Assembly (NCBI GenBank): GCA_031403195.1
Contig: JANNSZ010000075.1
Coordinates: 2,791-66,790, forward strand
DNA from: Planctomycetota bacterium
GTDB taxonomy: Bacteria > Planctomycetota > Planctomycetia > Pirellulales > UBA1268
Length of the DNA stretch: 64,000 nucleotides
Reading direction: 5' to 3'
Translations under genes and position numbers: made by a program
Shown: positions 9,386-19,791 of the stretch, piece after piece
How the letters are laid out: the number at the start of each line of letters is the position of its first letter
How positions within the stretch are numbered: the stretch's first letter is position 1
Notes under the pieces: model-generated
What the model was told of the DNA's origin: nothing
Seen by the model: only the letters and a program-made list of their open reading frames with translations
Databases searched by the model: none

Positions 9386-10744
9386 GTGGTCCTCGTGGCC
9401 CCGGTACTGCTTGAGCAGTTTTTGGCCCTTGCCGTAGGCTTCGTCAACAAGTGGTTGGCGGGCAACCTGTTCACAGACGCTGAACCGCTGGCTGCTATCG
9501 GCCTGGTCGCGTATTGCCTGGCATTCATGCCCGTGCTGTTTGTCATGCCCGCAGTGGCCGCGACGGCGCTTGTGTCGCGAGCTGTGGGTGCGGGCGATCA
9601 GGCTGCTGCCCGTCGCGCGGGGGCAGCCTGTCTGGTGATCGCCATGGCTCTCGCGGTGGTGGCGCTGGTCCTGGCGATGTGGTGGGGTACATGGTTTGTG
9701 GTTCTGTTGGGGCTGCCTGCCGGAAGCAGTGAGCTCGCCGTGCGGTATCTGGCCATTGTCGCGCCCACCCTTCCGCTCTTGGCGGTGATCGCCGTCGGCG
9801 TGGCCGCGCTGCGAGGCGCCGGTGACATGGTCGGTGGTCTTGTTGCCATGTCGATTGTGAACATCGTGAACGCGTCCGCGAGCTATGTTCTGGCCACGGG
9901 TCGATTCGGGCTGCCCGAATTGGGGTGGGACGGGCTCGCCTGGGGAACGACGGCCGGATACGCCTGCGGCGCGGTGGTCGTGGTCATCTTGCTGGCTCGC
10001 CCTGCCCGCGGGCTGCGGCCTCGGTGGTCAGATTGGTGGATCCGCGCGGAGGTGCTCCGTCGGGTGACGCGAGTTGGTGGACCTGCCGGCACGGATGCCC
10101 TTGGGAACGCCGCCTGCCATCTCACGTTTCTGGGCGTCGTGAATCGGCTTGGCGACATCGATGCCGCAGCCCATTCGGTGGCGATCACCATTGAGTCGCT
10201 CGCCTTCCTCCCTGGCAGCGCCTTCGGGGTGGCAGCGGCGACACTCGCTGGCCAGTTCCTCGGTGCCGGTGACCAGCAGCGGGCTCGTCGGAGCGTCGGC
10301 CTGGCTGCCGTCACCGCTGCGGTGCTGATGAGCCTTGTTGGCCTCGGTTTTCTCATGGCCGCACAACCATTGGCCACATGGTTTACCGGGGGTGCCGGGC
10401 GTCAGCCGGAAGTGGCGACTCTGGCGGCGTCACTCGTGCGGATCGTGGCCTTCGTGCAGCCGCCGCTGGCGCTGCTCATGGTGCTCTCCGGAGGCCTGCG
10501 GGGTGCTGGCGCGACGCGGCCGCCACTCGTCGTCAACTTCGCAGGCCTCATCTTGATTCGCCTCCCGTTGGCCGTGTTCCTCGCCTGGCCTGCTCTCGAG
10601 CTGCCCGCGGGCCTGGGCACGCTCCCCGGCTGCGGCCTCGGCGTGTTCGGGGCCTGGGTGGCGATGGCCGCTGACCTGACGGCCCGCGGCCTGGCCATGG
10701 TCTTTATCTTCCGTCAGGGCCGTTGGACACGCTCGATCGTCTGA
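9386..10744 (+). CDS. MATE family efflux transporter
   Basis: About 12 predicted TM helices with a two-fold repeat architecture. The N-terminus (LLEQFLALAVGFVNKWLAGNL) is typical of NorM/DinF-like proteins. The GTG start is uncertain. Confidence 0.75.
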   Translation: MVLVAPVLLEQFLALAVGFVNKWLAGNLFTDAEPLAAIGLVAYCLAFMPVLFVMPAVAATALVSRAVGAGDQAAARRAGAACLVIAMALAVVALVLAMWWGTWFVVLLGLPAGSSELAVRYLAIVAPTLPLLAVIAVGVAALRGAGDMVGGLVAMSIVNIVNASASYVLATGRFGLPELGWDGLAWGTTAGYACGAVVVVILLARPARGLRPRWSDWWIRAEVLRRVTRVGGPAGTDALGNAACHLTFLGVVNRLGDIDAAAHSVAITIESLAFLPGSAFGVAAATLAGQFLGAGDQQRARRSVGLAAVTAAVLMSLVGLGFLMAAQPLATWFTGGAGRQPEVATLAASLVRIVAFVQPPLALLMVLSGGLRGAGATRPPLVVNFAGLILIRLPLAVFLAWPALELPAGLGTLPGCGLGVFGAWVAMAADLTARGLAMVFIFRQGRWTRSIV

Positions 10745-10868
10745 CGCCGCCGTGGCGGCAGGCGCGAAGAAGCTGACAGAAGTCGACCCGGCCGGAATGG
10801 TCATTCGAAATGTCCACGATACACTGCTTCGCATGGCACTTCGTCACCTGCGACCTTGAGGGCTCTCG

Positions 10869-12788
10869 ATGGCTGCTGTCGACCTGGACGTCGAGCACTG
10901 GACCACTGCTGATGCGGCCGACCTCTACGAAGTCGCGCGGTGGGGCAACGGCTATTTCTCGGTGTGCCCCAACGGCCATCTGCTGGTTCATGCCCACAAG
11001 GACCCGACCCGGAGCATTGACCTCAAACAGTTGATCGATCGCCTTCAGGTTCGAGGGATCGATCTCCCGATCCTCTTGCGGTTCGGTGAGATCCTCGAGC
11101 ATCGGCTCGGCGAAATCCACGGGGCGTTTGCGGCCGCGATGAAGGAGAGCGGGTATCACGGCGACTACTGTTGCGTGTATCCCATCAAGGTCAATCAGCA
11201 GCGGCAGGTGGTCGAAGAGGTCTTACGGTTCGGCAAGCCGTTCAAGTTTGGACTCGAAGCGGGCAGCAAGCCCGAGTTGCTTGCAGTCATCGCCCTTGCC
11301 GACAACGACACGCCGATCATCTGTAACGGCTTCAAGGATGCCGAGTTCATCGAGACGGCGATGCTGGCGCAGAAGATTGGCCGGCACATCATTCCGGTCG
11401 TGGAGCGGTTCTCGGAACTGAGCCTCATCCTCGAGTACGCGGAGAAGGTTGGCGTCAGGCCACGGATTGGCATGCGGGTGAAACTCGCGACCCGCGGGAG
11501 TGGCCGCTGGCAGGCCTCGGGGGGATTTCGAAGCAAGTTTGGGCTCACGGCGAGTGAGCTCGTAAAGGGGCTCGATGTACTCGCCGAGCGGGGGATGGAG
11601 GACTGTCTTCAGCTCCTTCACTTTCATCAAGGCAGCCAGATCACAAACATCCGGCACATTAAGACCGCGCTCAACGAGGCCTCGCGGATTTATGCCGAGC
11701 TCGTGAAGCGGGGGGCCGGCCTCCGGTACCTCGATGTCGGTGGCGGCCTGGGTGTTGACTATGACGGGTCCCAGACCAACTTCGAGTCGAGCGTCAACTA
11801 CAGCCTCCAAGAATATGCCAACGACGTGGTCTACCACGTGCAGAACGCCTGCGACGAGGCTGGTGTTCCCCATCCCGCCATCATTTCCGAAAGTGGTCGC
11901 GCCGTAGTCGCGTACCACAGTGTGCTCATCTTTGGCGTACTCGGAGTGTCGGAGCAGGGTGGAACGACGGAGGTGGCCGAGCCACCGGCCGATGCCGAAC
12001 AGCCGCTCCTCGACCTCTACGAGACCTACCACAACATCAATGTCCGCAATCTGCTCGAAAGCTTCCACGACGCCCAGCAGTGCCTCGACACGGCTATGAC
12101 CCTTTTTGCGAGTGGATACCTTCCACTCGACCAGCGGTCCGCCGTCGAGAATCTCTACTGGGCGACGTGCCGGCGGGTCTACAAGCTGGCCCGCGGCATG
12201 GACTACGTGCCCGAGGAGCTCGAAGGCCTCGAGGCGTCCCTCTCCGATACCTACTTCTGCAACTTCTCGCTGTTTCAATCGATTCCTGACAGCTGGGCGA
12301 TCAAGCAACTCTTCCCGGTGATGCCGATTCACCGACTCAACGAAAAGCCATCTCAGGCTGCCGTTCTCGGTGACGTGACCTGCGACTCTGACGGCAAGAT
12401 CGACCAATTCATTGACCGGCGCGATGTGAAGCGAACGCTGCCGCTGCACTCGTGGAACAAAGAGCCCTACTACCTCGGCGCCTTCTTAATCGGCGCCTAC
12501 CAGGAGATTCTTGGCGACCTCCACAACCTCTTTGGCGATACCAACGCTGTCCACGTCCGCACCGACGACCGTGGCGAAGTCGTCGTCGACGCGGTCATCA
12601 AAGGGGATACGGTCCGCGAGGTGCTCGACTATGTGCAGTTCGATTCCAACCAGCTCGTGCAACGGCTGCGTGATTCGATCGAGCAGGCCGTACGCGAGGG
12701 CCGCATCGGCGACGTTCAGGCAGGGCGATTCCTCAAGTTTTACGAGGAAGGTCTTGGCGGGTACACCTACCTGGAAGAGCCGGGCTGA
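10869..12788 (+). CDS. speA: Biosynthetic arginine decarboxylase
   Basis: The N-terminus (LYEVARWGNGYFSV), the PLP-lysine context (CCVYPIKVNQQRQVVEEV) and the 639-aa length are typical of SpeA. Confidence 0.9.
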   Translation: MAAVDLDVEHWTTADAADLYEVARWGNGYFSVCPNGHLLVHAHKDPTRSIDLKQLIDRLQVRGIDLPILLRFGEILEHRLGEIHGAFAAAMKESGYHGDYCCVYPIKVNQQRQVVEEVLRFGKPFKFGLEAGSKPELLAVIALADNDTPIICNGFKDAEFIETAMLAQKIGRHIIPVVERFSELSLILEYAEKVGVRPRIGMRVKLATRGSGRWQASGGFRSKFGLTASELVKGLDVLAERGMEDCLQLLHFHQGSQITNIRHIKTALNEASRIYAELVKRGAGLRYLDVGGGLGVDYDGSQTNFESSVNYSLQEYANDVVYHVQNACDEAGVPHPAIISESGRAVVAYHSVLIFGVLGVSEQGGTTEVAEPPADAEQPLLDLYETYHNINVRNLLESFHDAQQCLDTAMTLFASGYLPLDQRSAVENLYWATCRRVYKLARGMDYVPEELEGLEASLSDTYFCNFSLFQSIPDSWAIKQLFPVMPIHRLNEKPSQAAVLGDVTCDSDGKIDQFIDRRDVKRTLPLHSWNKEPYYLGAFLIGAYQEILGDLHNLFGDTNAVHVRTDDRGEVVVDAVIKGDTVREVLDYVQFDSNQLVQRLRDSIEQAVREGRIGDVQAGRFLKFYEEGLGGYTYLEEPG

Positions 12789-12944
12789 GCCTGTGCTGAC
12801 GATGCTTAGCGGGCTGTGGAAAAAGTCTGCCGCAGCACGATGCGGCGGTCGCCGACCATTGAAAACCTTGGCTTTGCCATCGGAATGCAAAGTGGAAAAA
12901 GGCCAGGGACGGCTTTTTTCACGGACAGCGAGAAGGCCTTGCCC

Positions 12945-14966
12945 ATGCACCTGATCCGCCTCGGCGCCTCGGCCCTCAACCAGACGCCGCTCGACTGGGA
13001 CGGCAATTGCGACCGCATCGTGTCGGCGATCATGGCCGCGCGGGCGGCCGGCGTGTCGATCCTGTGCCTCCCGGAACTGTGCGTGACGGGCTACGGCTGC
13101 GAGGATGCCTTTCTGTCGCCTGGCGTGCCGCGGATGGCATGGCGGATGCTCGAGTCGATCGTGCCGCACGCCGCAGGAATCGCGGTCGCGGTGGGCCTGC
13201 CGGTGCGTTTCGAAAGCGGTGTGTACGACGCGGCCGCGTTTGTGGTGAATGGTCGTGTGAGTGGCATCGTCTGCAAGCAGAATCTCGCCGGCGACGGTAT
13301 TCACTATGAGCCGCGATGGTTTCGTCCATGGCCGCGGGGCCGCCGGGCCGCGCTTTCGGTGAATGAAACTGCCATCCCGATCGGTGACCTGCGATTCGAT
13401 GTTGGCGGGGTCCGTGTCGGGTTCGAGATTTGCGAAGATGCCTGGGCCGCGGACAGGCCCGGCGCGGCCCTTGCACGCCGTGGTGTGGACGTGATCCTCA
13501 ATCCCTCTGCCAGCCACTTCGCGTTTGGCAAGGAGGAGATCCGCCGCCGGTTCGTCCTCGAGGGTTCGCGGGCCTTTGCTACGGCCTACGTGTACGCAAA
13601 CCTCGTCGGCAACGAGGCGGGGCGGGCGATTTACGACGGGAGTGTGCTCGTGGCCTCGGGAGGCCATATGGTCGCGCAGGGGCGGCGGTTTTCGTTTCGA
13701 GATCGAGCCGACACGGCTGCGGTGGTTGACCTTGATTCCCTTCGGCCAGCCCAGGCGAGGCTTGTCGCGGAGACGGCCCATCCCCCGGCTGACCTCGTGG
13801 ATGTTGAATTCTCACCCCCCACCATTCCACCTGGCCCGGTGCCAGCCGACACCCGCGATGCCTGGGAGCGCGGAGAACGCATCAAGGAGGAGGAGTTCAC
13901 CCGTGCGGTGGCCCTCGGCCTCTTTGACTACGTCCGCAAGAGCCGCTCCCGCGGATGTGTCGTGTCGGCAAGCGGCGGTGCCGACTCATCGGCCGTGGCC
14001 TGCCTGGTTGCCCTTGCCTGTCGGCTTGCGGCGGTGGAATTGTCACCTGAGGGCGCCGCAGCTCGTCTCGGCATGCCTGACGCGCAAGGAGGGACGGGCG
14101 ACGCTGCCGTGGCGAGGCTCGTTGCGGCCGTGCTCACGTGCGTCTATCAGGCCACGGCCAACTCGGGGCCTGTCACGCGGGCCGCCGCACGCGGGCTGGC
14201 TGAGGCGCTCGGGGCAACGTTTCACGAATTCAACGTGGAGTCGCTTGTCTGCGAGTATGAGCGGATCGTGTCGGCTGCGATCGGTCGGCCCCTCTCCTGG
14301 GATCGCGACGACATCGCGCTTCAAAACATTCAGGCACGCGTCCGCGCTCCCGGCGTGTGGATGCTTGCGAATCTTACGGGATCGCTCCTCGTCTCGACGA
14401 GCAATCGTTCGGAGGCCGCGGTTGGCTACGCGACGATGGACGGCGACACCGCCGGTGGTATTGCGCCGATCGCCGGCATCGACAAGGCCTATCTGCGGCG
14501 GTGGCTCGTGTGGCTCGAGCGTGAAGGGCCCGAAGGTCTGGGCCCCATCCCGTCCCTGGCGGCAGTGAACGCCCAGCAGCCGACCGCGGAGCTTCGGCCG
14601 CCGTCTGACGGCCAGACAGACGAGGCTGACCTCATGCCCTACGAGATCCTTGACGCGATTGAGCGGTTCGCGATCCGAGACAGGCAGACGCCGTTGGAAT
14701 GCTGGCAGCGGTTGACGAGCGAGTTTCCGGAGCACTCGCCCCTCCAGTTCGCCATGTGGACTGAGCGGTTCTTTACACTCTGGAGCCGTAACCAGTGGAA
14801 GCGGGAGCGGTACGCGCCGTCATTTCACCTTGACGATGAAAACCTCGACCCCAAGACCTGGTGCCGTTTTCCGATTCTCTCCGGCGGGTTTGCGCGTGAA
14901 CTCGCCGAGTTGCGGACCGTCGTCGAGGCGGGGCAGGGGCCGAAAACCGCGTTTTCGCCCTCCTGA
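12945..14966 (+). CDS. nadE: Glutamine-dependent NAD+ synthetase (long form: CN-hydrolase + NAD synthetase domains)
   Basis: Nitrilase-type domain (CLPELCVTGY, FEICEDAW) followed by the PP-loop SGGADSSAVACL. The ATG at 12945 (MHLIRLGASALNQ) is preferred over the ORF-track start at 12816. Confidence 0.85.
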   Translation: MHLIRLGASALNQTPLDWDGNCDRIVSAIMAARAAGVSILCLPELCVTGYGCEDAFLSPGVPRMAWRMLESIVPHAAGIAVAVGLPVRFESGVYDAAAFVVNGRVSGIVCKQNLAGDGIHYEPRWFRPWPRGRRAALSVNETAIPIGDLRFDVGGVRVGFEICEDAWAADRPGAALARRGVDVILNPSASHFAFGKEEIRRRFVLEGSRAFATAYVYANLVGNEAGRAIYDGSVLVASGGHMVAQGRRFSFRDRADTAAVVDLDSLRPAQARLVAETAHPPADLVDVEFSPPTIPPGPVPADTRDAWERGERIKEEEFTRAVALGLFDYVRKSRSRGCVVSASGGADSSAVACLVALACRLAAVELSPEGAAARLGMPDAQGGTGDAAVARLVAAVLTCVYQATANSGPVTRAAARGLAEALGATFHEFNVESLVCEYERIVSAAIGRPLSWDRDDIALQNIQARVRAPGVWMLANLTGSLLVSTSNRSEAAVGYATMDGDTAGGIAPIAGIDKAYLRRWLVWLEREGPEGLGPIPSLAAVNAQQPTAELRPPSDGQTDEADLMPYEILDAIERFAIRDRQTPLECWQRLTSEFPEHSPLQFAMWTERFFTLWSRNQWKRERYAPSFHLDDENLDPKTWCRFPILSGGFARELAELRTVVEAGQGPKTAFSPS

Positions 14967-15032
14967 AACGGCCTCGCTCGACGGTGGGACCGTTGCTAGA
15001 GTCCCCCTCCGTTCCCCGCAGGAGCCCGCGCC

Positions 15033-15962
15033 GTGCGCCGACTCGCCCGAACAGTGCCGTTCTGTCTTGTTTTTCTAGCCGTCGCGGTCGCGGCCGCTGA
15101 TCGTGCCTGCGCGCAGGCGACGAGTTCTGGGGCTGCTCCGCCAGCGACGCCCCAGGCACCGCGCCAGCGAGTCGCGGCGGTGCCAGTAACGCCCCAGACC
15201 CCGGCCCCGCTCTCGCTGCAGGAGCAGGCAGCCCTCGATCAGTTGCTCGCCGCATGGGAGGCCCGCAGCGCAGCCGTCCGCACCTGGTCCTGCACGTTCC
15301 GCAAATGGGAATACAACGCCTGGAGCCCACCCGATCAGAACGGCGACCGCCTCGCCTTTTCTGAGAGTGACGGCGAGCTCAAGTACGCCGCACCCGACAA
15401 GGGGCTCTTTTGGGTCAAACAGTCGAAGCAGTGGAGCCCGGAGGCGAAGCGGTATGAAGTCCGCGGTGCCGAGGCGGGGGAACACTGGGTGTGCAATGGT
15501 GAGAGTATCTACGAGTTTCGTCACTCGGAGCGGCAGCTCAAAGAGACCCGCCTTCCGCCTGAAATGAGGGGCAAGGCCATCAGTGACGGGCCGCTCCCGT
15601 TCGTCTTTGGCGCCAAGGCGGACACACTCAAGAAGCGGTACTGGATGCGGATCATCACGCCGCCGGAGGTACGCGACCAAATGTGGCTCGAGGCGCTGCC
15701 GCGACACCAGGCCGATGCCGCCAACTTCTCGAAGGTCGAGCTCATCCTCCAAGCCCGCGACCTGATGCCTTTTGCAATTCAGATCTTCAAGCCGGGCGGG
15801 CAGGATCGCGACGTCTACCAGTTCGACCAGCAAACAAACTTGATCAACAAGGCACTCGACATGATCCGTGACTTTGCCAAGCCGATTACACCGTTTGGCT
15901 ACAAGTACGTACTCGAGGATATGTCGTCCCAACCCGCACCGCCAGCCGCGCCGGGGCGCTGA
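15033..15962 (+). CDS. Secreted hypothetical protein (possibly LolA-like / planctomycete-restricted domain)
   Basis: GTG start preceded by GGAG. Cleavable signal peptide (FCLVFLAVAVAAADRACAQ), then a Pro-rich linker and a beta-rich domain. The family assignment is from memory only. Confidence 0.5.
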   Translation: MRRLARTVPFCLVFLAVAVAAADRACAQATSSGAAPPATPQAPRQRVAAVPVTPQTPAPLSLQEQAALDQLLAAWEARSAAVRTWSCTFRKWEYNAWSPPDQNGDRLAFSESDGELKYAAPDKGLFWVKQSKQWSPEAKRYEVRGAEAGEHWVCNGESIYEFRHSERQLKETRLPPEMRGKAISDGPLPFVFGAKADTLKKRYWMRIITPPEVRDQMWLEALPRHQADAANFSKVELILQARDLMPFAIQIFKPGGQDRDVYQFDQQTNLINKALDMIRDFAKPITPFGYKYVLEDMSSQPAPPAAPGR

Positions 15963-16076
15963 GGCGGTTCTGCGGTGCCGCATCATCCGGGGGCAGCCTC
16001 ATGCGGCGCTCTGCCGGTTGATCGATCGTGCGATATACTCTGGTCAGCTTTGCTTGTTCCGGAGTGCGGCCGCATC

Positions 16077-16562
16077 ATGCCCGTCGTTGACGCCTCTCAC
16101 CCACTCTTTGAGTTGCTGGAGCGGGACCGCCGATACACCCTCGAGGCGTATCTTTTTGTCCTCGAGGCCCTCGCCTTTGCCCAGGAGTCACTCGGGTTTG
16201 GCGTCGAGCCTCCTGAGGAGGAGCTCGAGCCGGTGGCTGAGGATCCACCGCTCAAGAGCCGGCGTTCCGGCTCGCGGTCGCGCCAGGGTGACCAGCGCAA
16301 CGAGCGGCATGTGTCGGGGCAGCAACTCTGCGAGTCGGCCAGGCTCTACGGGCAGCAGCAGTATGGTTTTCTGGCACCCACCGTCTTGTTGGCATGGGGC
16401 CTCCATCGCACCGACGATATTGGCGAGATTGTGTTCAACATGATCGATATCGGGCAGATGCGGAAGACCCGGAATGACCGGCGTGAGGACTTTCACGATG
16501 TCTTCGATTTTGACGAAGCCTTTTCCCGCGACATTCCCTTTGCGGTGCCGGACCCCGTGTGA
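16077..16562 (+). CDS. Minf_1886-family protein (Verrucomicrobia/Planctomycetes-restricted, unknown function)
   Basis: MPVVDASHPLFELLERDRRYTLEAYLFVLEAL...HVSGQQLCESARLYGQQQYGFLAPTVLLAWGLHRTDDIGEIVFNMIDIGQM matches my recollection of this family. ATG at 16077. Confidence 0.55.
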   Translation: MPVVDASHPLFELLERDRRYTLEAYLFVLEALAFAQESLGFGVEPPEEELEPVAEDPPLKSRRSGSRSRQGDQRNERHVSGQQLCESARLYGQQQYGFLAPTVLLAWGLHRTDDIGEIVFNMIDIGQMRKTRNDRREDFHDVFDFDEAFSRDIPFAVPDPV

Positions 16563-16703
16563 GATGGAGCGATGGAGTGACAGATGCAGCTCCACCGCAG
16601 ACGCTGGGTTCGTGGTGGTGTGTGGCCTTCGCAGGCGGTGCCGAGCTGACATGGCTGGGGCTCCTTGCTTGGCTGGCCTGGCGGGTGTAGCGGGAGGTGG
16701 GCG

Positions 16704-17333
16704 ATGAATGTGTCGCTCGCTGCGATTCCGTTCTGGGTGGCCGTCTTGCCCCTCGGGCTCTACGTGGCGGCGCTCGGGTGGCTGAACCTGCGGCGGCGGC
16801 CCACCGTTTTAGGGGGCGGGCAGGATCTCATCCTTTTGGCGGCAGCTGTGTCGGGAATGGTTCTCTCCGGACCACTCGCGCTTGTGCAGCCGGCGCTTGG
16901 CGCGGCCCCGTGGGCGACGGGCATGCTGCTCTCCCTTTTCGTGCTCGTCGTGGCATCTGGAATTCTCGTCACGCGGCCGCGGCTCGTTGTCTACAACATG
17001 ACCGTCGAGCAGTTGCGACCGGTCGTCGCGGAGGTCGCAATCGGACTCGATCCATCGGCCCGCTGGGCTGGCGAGAGCGTGGCGCTCCCGGCCCGCGGGC
17101 TCCAGGTGTTGATGGACGGCCATGGACTAGCGCGGAGCGTGAGCGTGATCGCGGTGGGCCGTCGGACGTCGGCCGAGTCGTGGGCCGAGTTTGCCCGACG
17201 CATACGGCAGGCTGGCGGTACCTTGCGGGTTCGGCGGAACCTATGGGGCGGTGTGTTGGCAGCGCTTGGTGCCGGGATCGTGTGTGGTGCGATTGGCTGG
17301 GCTATGGTGGCCCGATTCCTGTCTTCCTCCTGA
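16704..17333 (+). CDS. Hypothetical integral membrane protein
   Basis: ATG at 16704 preceded by GGGAGGTGGG. At least 4 hydrophobic helices. No recognisable motif. Confidence 0.5.
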   Translation: MNVSLAAIPFWVAVLPLGLYVAALGWLNLRRRPTVLGGGQDLILLAAAVSGMVLSGPLALVQPALGAAPWATGMLLSLFVLVVASGILVTRPRLVVYNMTVEQLRPVVAEVAIGLDPSARWAGESVALPARGLQVLMDGHGLARSVSVIAVGRRTSAESWAEFARRIRQAGGTLRVRRNLWGGVLAALGAGIVCGAIGWAMVARFLSSS

Positions 17334-17350
17334 GCCCCGAAGGGAACTGC

Positions 17351-18946
17351 ATGCCCGTCCAGATCGATCTCTCGGCCCATGAAATTGCGGTTCCCGTTGT
17401 CATTCGGAATGCTTCGCCCGGCCGGCTGTACGAGGATGCCGTGTCTCGCGAGGGTGCCGCCATCGTTGCTTCCGGCGCGATCGCCATTCGCTCGGGTGCC
17501 AAGACGGGCCGAAGTCCGGCTGACAAGCATGTGGTGCGGCACCCAAACTCGGAGGCTGATGCCTGGTGGGGGCCAGTCAACCATCCCATCGATGAGCACA
17601 CCTTCCTCCTCAACCGCCAGCGGGCGATCGATTATCTCAACACCCGCGACCAGGTCTATGTCTGCGATGGCTACGCCGGGTGGGACCCGGCCACGCGAGT
17701 GAAAGTTCGCGTGCTCTGCGCCCGGGCATACCATGCGCTGTTCATGCATGACATGCTCATCCGGCCCACGCTGGACGAACTCGAGCGGTTCGGGAAACCT
17801 GATTATGTGATCTACAACGCCGGCCAGTTCCCGGCCAATCCCTATACCGCACAGATGACCAGCCGCACGAGTGTTGATCTCTGTCTCGAGCGGCGTGAGC
17901 AGGTGATCCTTGGCACCGAGTATGCGGGTGAGATGAAGAAGGGCGTGTTCACCTACATGCACTGGCTCTTGCCTTCCCACGGCATACTCTCGATGCACTG
18001 TTCGGCCAACCAGGGGATCGACGCGGGGGTCCGCCCAGGCGAGGTGTCACTTTTTTTTGGCCTCTCCGGAACAGGCAAGACGACTCTCTCGGCCGATCCG
18101 GCTCGTCGTCTCATCGGCGATGACGAGCATGGTTGGGGCGATGACGGGGTCTTCAACATCGAAGGAGGGTGCTACGCCAAGTGCATCCACCTCGAGGAGG
18201 CAAAGGAACCTGAGATCTGGCGTGCCATCAAGTTCGGTACGGTGCTTGAGAACGTCGTCTTTGACCAGACCACGCGAGCGGTTGATTTCGAGAGCAGTGC
18301 CATCACTGAAAACACCCGTGCCGCCTATCCCATCGAATACATCGACAACGCGAAGGTGCCCTGTGTCGGCCCGCATCCGCGGCATGTCATTTTTCTCACC
18401 TGCGATGCCTCAGGCGTCCTGCCGCCAGTAAGCCGGCTGTCGCGTGAGCAGGCGATGTACCATTTCCTCTCGGGCTACACGGCGCGGGTCGCCGGAACCG
18501 AAATGGGGATTGTCGAGCCGCAGGTGGCCTTCTCCGCCTGCTTTAGCGCGGCTTTTCTCGTGCGGCATCCGGCCGTATACGCCCGCCTGCTCGCAGAGAA
18601 GCTCAAGCGGCATTCAGCGCAGGCGTGGCTCGTGAACACCGGCTGGACCGGTGGCGCGCATGGCGTGGGTCGTCGGATTGACCTCGCGAGCACCCGCAAA
18701 ATCATCGACGCGATTCATGCTGGCGCCCTGGACGACGCACCAGTCCATCGGGATCCTATCTTCGGCCTCGACTCGGTCATTCGCGTGCCCGGCGTGGAGG
18801 AGCGGCTCCTGGTGCCCCATCGTGCCTGGTCCAGCGAAGCCTCATGGGAGGCCGCCGCCCGCAAGCTCGCCGACCGGTTCAAGGAGAATTTCGCGCAGTT
18901 CGCTGATGCCGCCGGGCCCGACGTCGTCGCCGCGGGACCGGCATGA
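17351..18946 (+). CDS. pckA: Phosphoenolpyruvate carboxykinase (ATP)
   Basis: MPVQIDL...[10 protein letters not shown], kinase-1a motif [21 protein letters not shown]. 531 aa from the ATG at 17351. The 650 nt of open frame upstream (ORF 16697..) overlaps the previous gene and was discarded. Confidence 0.9.
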   Translation: MPVQIDLSAHEIAVPVVIRNASPGRLYEDAVSREGAAIVASGAIAIRSGAKTGRSPADKHVVRHPNSEADAWWGPVNHPIDEHTFLLNRQRAIDYLNTRDQVYVCDGYAGWDPATRVKVRVLCARAYHALFMHDMLIRPTLDELERFGKPDYVIYNAGQFPANPYTAQMTSRTSVDLCLERREQVILGTEYAGEMKKGVFTYMHWLLPSHGILSMHCSANQGIDAGVRPGEVSLFFGLSGTGKTTLSADPARRLIGDDEHGWGDDGVFNIEGGCYAKCIHLEEAKEPEIWRAIKFGTVLENVVFDQTTRAVDFESSAITENTRAAYPIEYIDNAKVPCVGPHPRHVIFLTCDASGVLPPVSRLSREQAMYHFLSGYTARVAGTEMGIVEPQVAFSACFSAAFLVRHPAVYARLLAEKLKRHSAQAWLVNTGWTGGAHGVGRRIDLASTRKIIDAIHAGALDDAPVHRDPIFGLDSVIRVPGVEERLLVPHRAWSSEASWEAAARKLADRFKENFAQFADAAGPDVVAAGPA

Positions 18947-18978
18947 TGGACCCCTGAACGCCATGGAGCGATGTCGTT

Positions 18979-19791
18979 ATGCCTGGCGACTTTCCGCCAC
19001 CCCCCTCGTTCGATGACTTCCCGACGCCGCCGTCGTTCGACGATTCGCAGTCGCCTCAATCGTTCGATGAACCCACCGAACCCGATCCGCCCCCCGCAGC
19101 CGTGCCTCCCCGCGGCTGCCTGCGTGGCTGCTTGGGCGGCTGCCTGATCGGTGTTGTGATCAGCATCTGCGTTTGCGTCGGCATCACCTTCTGGGTGGTG
19201 CGCAACTTTGTGCCGCTCGCAGCGGATACTGTCCGCGCGGCCTTGGTCAGCGGAGTGAACCAATCGCAGCTCGATGCCGCCGAGAAGCTGGCAGTCATCG
19301 CTGAGATCGACCGCGTTGTCGAACAGTTCAAAGACGGTCAAATAGACAGCGTGGGGCTACGGCGAATTTTTGAGGAACTGAGCCAGTCACCGCTGATGGG
19401 AACGCTAATTCTCGTCGGAATTGAGAAGAAGTACCTTGACCAATCGGGATTGAACGGGGATGAGCGGGCTGCCGCGCGGCAGACGTTGCAGCGTCTGCTC
19501 CGCGGCATCTATCAGCATCAGATTGATCTGCGGGATCTTCGGCCTGCTCTGGCCCCGATCTGTACCACCGACCCCAACGGCGAAGAGAAGCTCAAGGAAC
19601 GAATCACCGACGAGGAGCTTCGTACCTTCCTCGACGCCTGTCGCGCCACAGTCGACCAAGCCGGTGTCCCAGACGAACCTTTCACGATCAAGCTCAGCGA
19701 CGAGTTTCGAAAAGCCATCGACCGCGCCCTGGGCCCCCGTCCTCAGGATCTCCCCCCTGGGCTGCCCGAAAAGAACCGGATTGGACCATGA
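18979..19791 (+). CDS. Hypothetical single-pass membrane protein with N-terminal P-x-SFD(D/E) repeats
   Basis: The N-terminus has three PPSFDD-like repeats. A Cys-rich TM helix follows (CLRGCLGGCLIGVVISICVCVGITFWVV), then a helical C-terminal domain. The stop overlaps the next gene start (ATGA). Confidence 0.5.
   Translation: MPGDFPPPPSFDDFPTPPSFDDSQSPQSFDEPTEPDPPPAAVPPRGCLRGCLGGCLIGVVISICVCVGITFWVVRNFVPLAADTVRAALVSGVNQSQLDAAEKLAVIAEIDRVVEQFKDGQIDSVGLRRIFEELSQSPLMGTLILVGIEKKYLDQSGLNGDERAAARQTLQRLLRGIYQHQIDLRDLRPALAPICTTDPNGEEKLKERITDEELRTFLDACRATVDQAGVPDEPFTIKLSDEFRKAIDRALGPRPQDLPPGLPEKNRIGP

Noticed and set aside
16697-17350. A 218-codon N-terminal extension of the pckA ORF (ORF track 16697..18946).
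   Set aside because: The extension overlaps the membrane-protein gene 16704..17333 in another frame and is Arg/Gly-rich junk. Canonical PckA homology begins at the ATG at 17351 (MPVQIDL).
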